50,031 nt of DNA from Ruditapes philippinarum (lineage: Eukaryota): the NCBI RefSeq assembly GCF_026571515.1, contig NW_026852612.1, forward strand, positions 124,001 to 174,031, in the 5' to 3' direction. The notes below the pieces were generated by a model, which saw nothing but the letters and a program-made list of their open reading frames with translations, searched no databases and had not been told where the DNA came from. Within the stretch, counting starts at the first letter, position 1; each line of letters begins with the position of its first letter. Shown here one piece after another: positions 13,281 through 25,130 of this stretch. The translations under genes and the position numbers were made by a program.

Positions 13281-14992
13281 TATTTTCAGTGTAAAATATA
13301 GATTTTCTAGATTATCATTATAATATTTATTCTATTGGTTTGCTCTGTGTTATTTTAAATATATTTACAAGATCAATAACTTGGGAAAATTTTGTCGTCT
13401 GCTACAGCATAGTCACTTGACCATGTTCATGCCATCATATCATTATCACATGATGGGACCCGTCACATAAAGTTATAAGAATTATACATTAATTTACAGT
13501 ATGTAATATATACATATGAGTCTTTTATGAGTTGATAATTGAGTACCGCTCAAGCCGGTGCTAGGGGGCGTGAGGGATGTTGTACATTTTCATTATCCCT
13601 CATGTATCCCAAAACAACCAATTTTCAATCACAACCTAAATTCAAACACATTCTTAATTCTGTGGAGCGGATGCCATGTATGACTAAATTGCTTAAAGTC
13701 ACATGTTGTATTAACTTCACACTTGCAGAACATTAACACTTGCAGAAATGCTATACTTGATTAATTGTCAAATGTTATCAGAAAAACAATAAGAAACTGT
13801 TTGTTTAAAGTGACACAATATAAATTGTCCGATTTCAACTATATCAAATAAGTCACTTGATTAAAATATTGATAAAATTTTCTTAGCATTTTATTTTTTT
13901 TTATAAAGTATTGGCTACCAAGTTTTACCATTTACCTCAGTCTTGTGTGTATTTAAAACATTTATTTACATGATGTACCACTAAATATTCATCAAACTTT
14001 ACGTAGGGGTCCTTATTAATAAAATCTGAAATTGTTATCAAATTCTTTCATGTGATGATTGTAGAATACATTTTTTGTAAGCGATACTAGCTGGCAGGTC
14101 TAAACAAATTTACACATTTCCTAATATTATAAAGTGGGGAAGATTATATTATAATTTTAGGTAAAATTGCTGTAAATATTGGATGCATTTATCATTTTGC
14201 ACCCCAAATAGTGTACTTAGAAGTGACACCTTTAACTGCCCTTTTTATATACATTAACAGTAGTCATACCAATGCACTATACTGTACATATGTTATAACA
14301 TTTAGTGAAAGTTTTTTAAAATTTTGAAAAAAACTATTGAAAATCGTTGAAGAGACTGTTGTGAAACTTTCTACAATTTTTAGTAGCCCTGATTTATCTT
14401 GAACAAAATTTTCAGTGGTGGTTACTCTGCTGTTTGAATTTAGGTTAAAATATTCCTGGCAGTGACCCGAGTGGGTCATATCGTATTTATTGTTTTTCTA
14501 TGAAAGATCAAGGCATGTTGAAAATGTACCAACCTTATAATGAATAAATGTTGATAGATGAAATAATAGCTAAAATAAATTTAAAGCATAAGTTCCCCTT
14601 CCGTTTATTATTGACTAAAAACAGCTTAACTGATTGAATATTGGTTGTTCCGGGATACAGACTCAATCAAACCGAGTCTGCAATTCTCTTGTAATTTTGT
14701 TGTGATAAATGCTTCCGAGGGATCACTTTGTTTCCAGATTTTTAGAAGACTTTTAAAAGTTGTATCTAATCACCATAAATGATTTGACAGTATTTATACA
14801 GGCTACAGTAAGCTGCGTGTTTTTTGTTGTTGTTTTTTTTGACAACTATTATATTATATTTTCTTCCATAGCACCATTTCCTGCAACCGTTTTTATTAGT
14901 TTTATGTAAAATGCAGTAGATCTAGGTAGAAATGACCAAAAATTACATTTGATACCATAATTTTAAACAAGTTGCAGAACTGATCTTGCCAG

Positions 14993-17900
14993 ATGCAAAA
15001 TAACCGAAAACGCCCCCGACAAAATGTCAGCTCAGAACCCCAGACTGGTCAAACAGGATTTCGACCCGGACCGTCAGGAGCGGCTGGATACTCTGGTATG
15101 CTTTTCAATCCTTCTTATTTCAATATAGTGCAATAGTACCAAACATCACAGTTGTATATATACAATGTATGTCAAACCTGCCACCGCTATCGACTAAGGT
15201 CCGTCAAGATTAAGACCTAGATATATTTTTTTAAAAGATAGTCGCTCAAGGCAATCAATTTTAGATTATAGTTAGTTGTAATAAAAAAAACAGGGTGAAC
15301 GTTAATGGCACTTGTGCATTATAAGATGTATTCGGAGATGCTCTGAGCATAGAGACTGCTCTTTGTAAGTAATAAGATAACGATTCTAGTAAATGGCATG
15401 TAGTTTTTATCACTATGTCACCATAATTGAATGAACTTACTGTTTAAAGGTTTGATGCCGGTTGGTGGTTTTGTCGGAAACAATCAGCAAAGAGCAAATT
15501 TGCCAACATCTGGGCGAGGAGCAGCCACGTTCAACAGATCGGCCTCGAGCTCATACAATAATGGTTCAAATTTTCGTTTTACTAGAATATTTGATTAAAT
15601 GCCCCATCTAGAAACTATTTTATTGTAAACTTTATTCTCATTTCTCATTATCAGCAGTGCATGGAACTATTGCTGTCATCACGGCTTTTATGGAAGCTTT
15701 GCTTTCATGTAATGCTTTCATGTAAAAAAGTAACAACAGATTATCAAACAAAATATACAATTCAATTTAGACATGAAAACTGCTGAGATAAATCTATGCA
15801 AACTCTTTACTAGTATCAATTTTTGTTTCAAAGTATTTTTGAGTACACATATAAAGAGAAACGCCACTCTGCAACATGACTGCACATTATAAAATACATA
15901 CATAATTATTATGATATTTTGTGTTTGCGTAATTTTCAGCTCGGAGCTACCCGCCACAAGGACAAAATTATAAAAGGACCGATCCAAATACCAATGCCCT
16001 ATCTTCATCTGCACAGTACCAACAAGTTGTACGTAAGAATACCGTTCAAAACAGGTAAATATTCTAATTAAGAATTTAATTCTTCAACAACAACAACAAC
16101 AACAATACAAAATAATGATAATAAAAAAGAAACATCAAAACAACATTAATTGTACTACGATGGTCGGGCATTGTGCTTGAATAATACATGTTTCATTTAC
16201 TTCAGTTATGAGGATTTTTCTTCTTTTCTGTTTATTTCAATTACGCGTTACTCTAAATATTTCATTTTATATCGCTATTAATCGCTTTTCAGAATTGGTT
16301 GCATAATACTGGTACGAACATAATCAAAGTTCATCTCCATTATTCATTAGCAGACATACATATTTTACCTACTAGTATTATCTTACTATTTTTACGATAA
16401 TTAAATCCGAATTTATTTTGATATTCAACTTAGTAGGAATATTCCGACTGGAACAGGGAGAGCCGCCCCTCTACCGCACATTTCTGTGTCCTCAAATAAT
16501 CATACATCAACGTGTTATCCAGCCAACCAAAATGGTCCTTATACTGGGCACAGTAACGCTAGTATATATGGGGGAGGTGTAGGAATGAATCGGAACAACT
16601 GGGGATGTGACCAACAGCCGCCGCCGTATAACAACACTAACTTGATGGGGAACAGCTCACGGGTTGCTTCCTATGGCCGCAACAACTCTTTTAACCAGGG
16701 AACCAACTCTTACATGCCAAGAAACGAAACAAATGCTATGTATCAACAACCCCCCATTCAGCAAACATATCCAAATCAACAAACACATCCGAATCAGCAA
16801 CAACAATACATGCCATGGTCTAACCAAGAAATGCAACCGTACAATGTCTATCAACAAGGGAATTTAGGTAAAGAAAACGACCTTAGTTTAAATTCAATTT
16901 CACTTTTTTAACTTACATTTTACCGGGAAATATAAAGATGAATAAAATTTGACAATTCTATTATGTTTAGAGTTATGTCATGTTAACCATTGAATTATAG
17001 TTATCAATTTTTCATATTTGTATTTTTATAAATCCGGAAGACGAAGTTTTTATTTCTAATTTTTATGTTCTCACTTTTGTCTCTTTTTAATAATATTTAA
17101 TTCTACTTGTTTATAATAGTAACGCTTAGTCCTTTCAACACAGTACATATTTGTAGGTATGAATGTTATGAATTGTTTAATATTTCATATATTATTGTAT
17201 TTCGACTGTTTTATTCATCTGCAGGTTTCATTCAAAATCAGGCACAAGAAATTTCTGATGAATGGAATAACAGTTTCACGGAGCAGACACCAGCGCCTGT
17301 ACAGACTGCAAACAAAGTGAATAAAAATGTAGCTAAGGTTGTATGTCTTCTAAATGTACAAATGTTTGTGCATTTTCATTAACGTTTTCATAATGCAATA
17401 CTATATCATAATATTTTTTAGAGCATTACTTTTAGTGCATTGCTAATCAGTAAGTTTCAAATTTTTGTTGGTTTGATTGGGTTTTATGTCATACCGACGC
17501 AGTATAGGTCATATGGCGATGTTCCAGCTTTACTGGTGGAGGAAGACCCCAGGTGAACTTTCAAATAATAAAGATGCTGATAATGATGATGACGGTAATA
17601 ATAATAATGGTGGTGGTTGTGATCGTGATGACGATTGTTTTGTTCTTTACAGTATTGCAAAACACAGGTTTCGTTATCGTTTTCAAGTCCATGTTGCTAT
17701 GAAAACTGAATTTCAAATTGAAATAAGTGATAAATGATTTTAAAAAATGAAATATTTGAAAGCAGTGATTCTGTTTTTGTTTTTACAATAGAAGAACACT
17801 GACCAGAAAACAGCGTTAATGGAGCTGAAGAAAAGTCTTCATTTCCTTACGGTAGACGTTGCAGAGATGAAACATTGGAACAAATTCAAAGATTCAGTTC

Positions 17901-20900
17901 AAATCATTTTCGAACTCTTTGGTATGAAAGAAGATTTAGTATAGGTTTTGGTACACTTCTTAATGCTGTAACAAATACTCGTAAATGGTTTTCAAGGTTT
18001 CAAAATTAATTGGCAATGCGCATGAAAGAAATCCGTTTAGTCATATTGACATAAACACACACGTACAATGTATAATGTATAATGCAGACATATATAGCCC
18101 ATTTAAAAATGTCTTTAAATATTATATGAAATATAATGTAAAATTTCTTCATACATATAAGAAACAGTGATATTTTTCAGAATATAGATTCTCAACATAA
18201 CAAACATCATTGATATACATGTATTTGGCAATGTTTCCTGTATATATTTTTTTCTTGTTCATAGTTGACATATAACTATTAAAATTATCCATGCTAGGCC
18301 AAGATTCATCTCAATGATATATAATTCAAATGTTTCTAAATTACACCAACAAGGGATTGAATTTGGTTAACGGGTTTTCTTTACCAAAACTTCTCAATTA
18401 CGTGAGCACAATCTTTAAAGTAAAGTATTCTCTAAGATCGTCGTTTATACTAAGATAGTTTTCAAATTTATTTAAACCTTTTCCTCAAATTTACAACTTT
18501 TTCCAGTTTAGGCATAGATCGTGTAGATGCTGAACAATTGTGTAAAATTTGATCGCTTTAACGAATCTTAAACATTAGTTAATAATCACAAATTTTATAA
18601 AAAAAAAAACAACGAAAAAAAAAACAAACCCAAAACAAATGAGTAAAGAGTGAAAACCATTTAATTAAATTACAGTACTTAAAAACATACAATATATAAA
18701 AAATGCAATGTAAATGACTTTACAGAGTATTTCCAATTTTAAAATTGAAGACATCCATTACACAGTTGGTCAGTAACTCAAAATCATTTTGCATGGTCAT
18801 AAACTATTGTTTTATTAACTAACGGGTGACTTTTTTGTCTGATTTGTAGGACAGCTCGACTCAGCGACGACAAAAGGCAGTATGGAATGTAAAGAATTTC
18901 TAATTAGGGACGAGAAAAAGAATGATGTCACTTGCGTTTTCTATGAAATAGTAAGTGATTTTGCATCAGTGAATATATGAGACTCCGTCTGTTTTGGGTA
19001 AACGTGTAGACTTTATATCATTGACAAGTAGGAAAAGTTCAAAATGAACGGACATGTGCTTTCACAATAAATTGTAATCCAAATTTATGAAGTGTTAGAA
19101 ATACTGTTTTTAGGGACAACGTCCCAATTAACAATATAAGTATATCACAGAAAAAACCCTGTTTTCAAGATTATATATAGAAAATATCTCACTGATGAAT
19201 GCATTTCATTTATAAGAAGGAAGTCTGCAACGTTTAGAATTTTTTTATTTTGCATTATAATTTTGATTTTTGTAATTATTTTATTGCATTTGTAACTAAA
19301 TACATTTTCTTTAAATCCATGAAGCATTCAAACAATTCAAATTTACATGTAAGTTTTACAAGTCTGAAAATGAACACGGTATAATTTAATGTGTATTTAT
19401 AACAGAGTAATTTTCTCTTTTTCTCCTGCTTCTTTTACTTCTTCTTTTTCTTCGTCTTATTATTATTTATACTACTATGCCATCTTTATGAATACTATGT
19501 TTTCCAACGCAGAGCCCTTGTTTCGATTTTTGTCACTTTAGTGTACTAACGTGTGATATTTAGGTAAAAGTTTTGTCTTGAAAGTGTAGAAAATGCAGAG
19601 ATTTACCGAATAATTAAAATCGATCACTGTATGTAATCATTAAATCATTTGTCACGGATACTCTCTCTCGATAAATTAGTTAATGACTATTCGGATACAA
19701 AGTATCATTTTTTGGTAATTACACTAAGTTATTGATCTCAACATGTCCATCGATCAAAACATCAACATTTATTGTGATTTTATATCGATCACCTAAGGTC
19801 ACATATGTCGAATTTGAAAACAATACCAGCGTTATTTCTATACGTGTGTACGTGCGCTATTTACTAGTTGTCTGTTGTTTACAAATTGTATATAATCCAA
19901 AATAGACATCTAGAAGGATGTCCCTATAGGTATATAGAAACAAAGCCGTAATTTCGTATCATTAAATTGGCAAATTGGTCATTTTTTCCTGCTTTTGTTA
20001 TGGTAATGGTAAACAATTATGTTCAATTTGTTTAAGAACCTACGTGTAATTTTATAGAAATTTCCAAAATGTACCCTTTGATTAAACAAACTAGTGTTAT
20101 TTTATTTACAAATGTTTGTGTTGGATTCCATCTTTGAGCGGTTTTACTTTCAATACACATTCAGCACAAATGCATTTTACAACACGTCATATATTTTTTC
20201 AAATGAAACAATATTCTAGATTGCATACATTGAAACAGCAAAATATGAACGATACAATTTTTAGCAGGGATTATATTTTCTTTTATGAATTTACAAGCTG
20301 TATACTGACAGAGCTGTTTTTCTCTAAAAATGATTTTTTAACCTTTTTTTTTAAACTTATTTTTCTTAATCCTTTGACCGAAATATAAGCACTTTCTTTA
20401 AGTAAAAAGCCTGAAAATGGAAATAATTTGACGGAGGACCACATATTTTCATTGATTGTATAATAAATATAGTTTGATATTTTATGATTTAAGGATCGTC
20501 AGCTGCCGAAGATTACCAGGGGACAGTGGTACAGGTATGTATAGGCATGGACATGTACAACATGACTGGCTATAGAATGTCGTTTTAGATATTCAACAGC
20601 TATATATCAAAATATACATATTTTTGTATCAACGGTAAGCCCTTAACCTGCTGAATTTGTGAAATGGATTAGCCCGGCTTTGGAGTTGGAACAGTTCATT
20701 CAATGTTTAAGGGGTTTCAAAATACAAAAAATTGAGCTATAAACATTATGGAGCCTGGTCACACTGCAAGGCTGTGCATGCTTGTCTTGCTTTTTACAGA
20801 GAGCAAAGCCGTCATAGGTCAAAGATATGTCTGTTGTTTTTGAAAAAAAACATGGAGGTTTCTTCAAGGAATTTCATTCTATTTGTTTGTGAGACAAATG

Positions 20901-22542
20901 TTATTTTACTGATTTTTACAAAAACACACACTTGATAGGAGCATATTTAGAGATATTGGAACATAATCTTTTTACATAATATACACCTGGAAATAAATTA
21001 AGCACACCCGCCATTTTGCCTCAGTTTTGACTTGACCACAAATGAAAATTTAAATTTTATTTTGGCAATGGTACGGACCACATGTAGTCACACAAGCTCT
21101 GCACCAAGAATGTCAAAATTTACCTCAAAATCGCTTTAACGCATTACTGGTAGTATGAGGAGAAGGGTTTAGGCTATCATCGGTTTACGTGGTGGTTATA
21201 CACGTTATTAAAAATTGGCTACATAATGTCATTTTAGGTTACGTAATCGTCAACATTTACAAAAAATATCCACCAATAAATGTTTTGTAAACGCTCCAAC
21301 ACCATACTTATAAACACTTACATTTTTGGTTAAAAAAACAACACATTTGCTTATGCTTCAATAATTTGGTTAAGAATAAACTAAACTTATAAATTTACTT
21401 GTTTATGATTACTAAATTGGTATCGCTACTTATCAAATTACTATTTCTTAGCTCAATTAAGTCGTCATCTCATGACAGTGCTTTCAATCACAACCAATTT
21501 TAAATTTCCGGGGTGTGCTTAACTTTTTTCGAGGTGTATATATATAGATATGTATTGAATTCTCATAAATTCACTTAAGTGCACATTTATAAAGTTATTT
21601 TTAATTGTTTGCACAATATGCACAGTTTACACAATTGCATTCTGAATGTTCTGGATTCTTGAACATTTAATTTGTGTCTACAACTTTTTATTATGGTTAA
21701 CTGTTATACAAACCGTTGGGCGTACTCAAAGTAAAGATAGGTGGGAACAAAGTTACGTTTTCCGTGCTCTCTTTAATATTGGCGAACCGCAAACATTCAA
21801 TTTGTCACATTTGATGAATCAAACCTATTGCCAATAAATTCAGTTTCTTTGATTTCTAGAGCATTAACAACGCGTGAATTAGTCATGTGCTGTAAAACAT
21901 CTTTACTGTTTTCTACTTATTTTGCTTTTATTTAACAAAGATTTTGCGTTATTTAATTTAAAGAAAAAGGAAACATACAAAGAGATTTAATGGTGCGTAT
22001 AAAGAAGATTTAAATACATTTGTACTCCAAGTCTGGATAATGTGTTTCTTTTTTCTTTGTATGGGGAACAAAGTTCTACTTTTCAATAACAGATATGCAT
22101 CTTCAGTATTTCAAATATTTTTTTCTCCATAATTCCATATATAAAACTGTTGATATTTTGATTTCACACTGCATTTGCAATACCTAAAGAAGCTTGAACT
22201 TCATCAAATTTTCTGTTTCTTTTCACATTTGTTTCGTACAAGACTTCTTTAATAAACGTTTTTGAAAATTGATCGGTTCTACCGAACTTTCAAAAAATGG
22301 TTCTCCGGAAGCGTGGAACTGACCGCATGCACTTCCTGTTGCACCGCGATACAAAATAGTTTTTCATGGTTTTCTTTATGTCTTTTTATAGAATTGTGGG
22401 GACTTATGACGGAACAAAGGAAATATTCCATTGTTTATCTATCAGATCGTTACAGTCATCGGAGAAGAATACAGCATGCATACTGTCACAGAAAAGTACA
22501 GAAACAATGCGCAAGCTTACCAGTACAATGAGGGAATCCTGA
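14993..22542 (+). CDS. SPATA22: Spermatogenesis-associated protein 22 (meiotic OB-fold partner of MEIOB), about 433 aa, 9 coding exons
   Basis: Exons 14993-15095, 15450-15563, 15940-16054, 16437-16867, 17225-17340 (or 17337), 17792-17921, 18850-18950, 20494-20534, 22392-22542, all phase-consistent. C-terminus MKHW..FELFGQLDSA..FLIRD..CVFYEIDRQLPKITRGQWYRIVGTYD..F.CLSIR matches recalled human SPATA22 (MKYW..FEVLAVLDSA..FLMRD..CVFYEIDRELPRLIRGRVHRCVGNYD). N-terminal NNRKRPRQNVSSEP resembles human NQKKRNRQPLTSNP. AATAAA at about 22593, 22724 and 22762. Confidence 0.92.
17464..17555 (-). mobile_element. SINE 3' fragment
   Basis: Similar to the left end of the SINE at 43065-43332 (gggtttta.gtca..cc.a.gc.gta.aggt..tatggc....ttccagctt....ggtg). 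Confidence 0.45.
20984..21536 (+). mobile_element. Internally deleted Tc1/mariner element with a transposase C-terminal remnant
   Basis: TA TSDs (20982-20983, 21537-21538). TIRs cacctggaaataaattaagcacaccc and gggtgtgcttaacttttttcgaggtg. About 21093-21210 translates, with a stop and a frameshift, as QALHQECQNLPQN..ITGSMRRRV*AIIGLRGGYTRY*, the typical Tc1 SM.RR..A.I...GG.T.Y terminus. Confidence 0.88.
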
Positions 22543-25130
22543 GCGAGTTCGGAATTATTAGACATTTGTGAAATCATAGATAATTAATGAAAAATAAACG
22601 TTCATGTTATTAGGAAGACAATTTGTCGGAAAATTTAAACATGATTTACCTGTAAATTGTCAGTACAGAAGTGATTTTTTTTAAGATTCATGTTTATTTT
22701 CGCAGTTGTTGCACTTCTCTTTTAATAAATACAGGTATGTACGAGAAATGTGTTTGAAATCAATAAAGTATACGATTGTAAATTAAACAAATTAAACTAG
22801 AAAAAAGCGAGGAAACGTTAAATTAAGATGTTGTTTTTTTTCTTCCCTTTTTTCAATATTCTTAGCACATTGATAATTCTTACTTAAAGTTAACGTACAG
22901 AAATTTATTGTAAATTCTATTGGTATTTTCAAACCTTACGTTTGAATTTAATTCCATTCAAACAGGTTTATTTCACAGTTGTCATTTTTCTTTTTGTCAT
23001 TTGATTTAAAGTATTTTTAATCAGTAAAAAATCCAAAGTATTTTTTCACATTTTATTCACAATTCATAGTCAATTGTAACATAAACAAATTTGAAAATTA
23101 TAAAAATGTACAAATGTGATATGAATTTAACATATATACAAAATGATTAAAGTTTATGTCGAGCTTCTTTTCTTTGTGTGCCGTCTATTCATCGGGATGA
23201 CTGAAGCATATCTGAAAATAAACAAATAAAAATTTGAATATAAATGTTTTGAACAAATAAAAAATTATTCTAGATATATTATTACATGCTGAAAAAAAAA
23301 ACCCAACAAAATAGTAAAGACATTTCCTGTTTTCATACTAAAAGTTCCTTATTTTTGTTTTTGTTGTTTTCAAATAATATTTCCATATAAGCCGGCAATT
23401 TAAGAAGTTCCTTCTCTCCCCGTATATAATTTCTTCAAAATGCAGTTTCAGAGTTTTAAGCTTCAATTTGGCGGGAATCTTTGTTCATCTGTCCCTTTTC
23501 CCTTCATCCAAGCCGGTGCGGGAATGCGATAGCAGACCAAAGAAGTATCCAAATCCTGCAATCGTCGTTCTGTTGATGGAAGTAAAAACCTATATTGTGT
23601 CGTTTTCTACAATTCCGTTTTCTCTACAATTGCAGAAACGGACACAATACGGGATTTACTCATTCTTTTTCGCGGACAAATGTTCACTATCTCCGTCCGT
23701 ATGTTCCTTGTTGAATTATATTCTTCCTGCCACCATATATCCTCGTGTATATTTATTTTAAATACAATGTATATATCCGCAAAAAAAATGTACGAATTTT
23801 CATACCGCTACTCGTCACTGTTTATCCCAATGGAGATTGGTTCCAGAATTTTATTTGTTTTTCTATGTCCGTAAATGTATTGAGTAATTTGTTTCTTGCC
23901 TTCAATCCATTTTGGTTTGATTTATATTTTCCAATTTACAAAAATATTTTTATCAAAATAAATTAACAAAAAATGTTCAAAGTAATACTTCTAAATATAT
24001 TATTTTCATTATTTGAACTATTTTCTTTTCTTTTTACACAAATTCTCACAAACATGAGCTAATTTGTTCTTTGAGATAACCAGACTCTGTCAAAAGTTTG
24101 CAATATTCATGTATTAAATTTTTTTTAAATTTATATAATGCAATTAAATAAGGTAAATAGATATATAAAAATTAACGCCTGATTAAATTCTCTGTGCGAA
24201 TGGAACATATATTACTGCTTTAATTCTTTTAAATGAATAAATAAATAATTGCATTATCAGAATTGTTTTTGAATAGAAAAATATTTTTTTTGTGTGTAAA
24301 AATAGTTAGATAAATAACTTTAAATATCTTATAATTATTATCAAAATCAGTGAAGGAAAAAAGAAAGAAAAAATACAAGGTTACAAATTAAATGCATAAC
24401 ATGAGTAACCTCAACAACAACAACAAAAATATCATCGTGACAAAAAAAAATACAATAAAGAAAAAAAACTAAAAAGAATATATACCCCTAAAATAAAGTC
24501 CAGAACAGAAGGTACATCCCAACACCTTCATATGGTACATTATGACTGTACATCCTAATTACAGATAATATATAGTCGATCACTTACGTAATAAGACTGA
24601 TCTAGACGGTCATATAACTGACCGGACAATAGTAATAAAATATTAGTTTTATGACTACACGAGGCTTTGAACCCTTAAAACAAAGCGTGAAAATTGCATT
24701 CCTACATCATAACTGTGTCTAAAATGTTAATGTCCAAACTTTCTCGACAGCTGGGCTAAATGACATCTACATTTTTCTCGTCAAAATACATAAATACCTG
24801 AATTGTAATCGCTTAGACTTGATGAATTAGTCAACCAAAAATAATCAGAAATGGAAAATAAATTTGAATTTGTATTATTGTTCTTTTTTTTCTCTGTCTG
24901 TGTTAAGAATAAGAAGTGAAGCAAAGTAATTTGCTTGGTAATGGCACATGATGCAGTTTCTGTATTTGTATTTAACATTTATATTTGTCATTTAAGAAAT
25001 ATTCCAGTAAATAAATTTGTAACCTTGTTACACTTGCCAGGCGATATCATTACAGGTATTTGTGAAATAAAGAAACCAATGAATATAGTTAATAATGTGA
25101 TAATGAAAATTGAGGGTTTACTTACATTTA

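Noticed and set aside
15024-15095. Alternative SPATA22 start MSAQNPRLVKQDF..
   Set aside because: It ends in phase 0 and does not join the next exon in frame; the ATG at 14993 gives both the conserved motif and the correct phase.
23340-23960. Coding-like, slightly GC-richer stretch (possible TE or gene relic)
   Set aside because: Stops in the minus-strand frames I read, only short plus-strand ORFs, and no motif I can recognise. It needs BLASTX or Dfam.
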